Origin: Leptolyngbyaceae cyanobacterium
Lineage (GTDB): Bacteria; Cyanobacteriota; Cyanobacteriia; Phormidesmidales; Phormidesmidaceae
DNA: 64,000 nt
Direction: 5' to 3'
Assembly: GCA_965263355.1 (NCBI GenBank)
Contig: CBDHHL010000056.1
Location: forward strand, 2,240,001-2,304,000
The notes under the pieces were generated by a model. That model ran no database searches and was not told the DNA's origin. It saw nothing but the letters and a program-made list of their open reading frames with translations. A program made the translations under genes and the position numbers. Positions 63,955 to 64,000 of the stretch are shown here, piece after piece. Position 1 is the stretch's first letter; each line of letters starts with the position of its first letter.

Positions 63955-64000
63955 AGACGTCTTCCTATATAGCTTAGGGTGAATTGATAGTCCTAGCCAT

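Overview
Chromosomal segment of a cyanobacterium (many GCGATCGC HIP1 octamers, chlM, rbp, Hik2-type kinase); gene content suggests a filamentous Leptolyngbya-like organism, which is an inference. Core blocks are rpmH-rnpA-PH-yidC-jag-yceD-ycf46, pntAB, TRAP dctP/dctQM, egtC/egtB/egtD, chlM, nagA, purE, amt1, hik2, dnaK3-dnaJ, tRNA-Leu(TAG), pnp and tpiA. Accessory and decaying patches lie between them. Two toxin-antitoxin modules have intact antitoxins and broken toxins; each sits between direct repeats and next to GTAG-type REP hairpins. A run of internally deleted genes (ECF sigma/anti-sigma, VKOR-Trx, fghA) surrounds a PEP-CTERM spondin gene. The most unusual items are an ergothioneine locus with a MurL-like PP-loop enzyme and an NRPS C-domain relic, a DnaK with a ~400-aa Tyr/Arg/Gly/Asp-rich tail plus a separate copy of its lid, and a secreted 8-repeat protein behind a perfect CRP site. 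No CRISPR array, rRNA, integrase or transposase was found. All calls come from motif recognition by eye; no searches were run.
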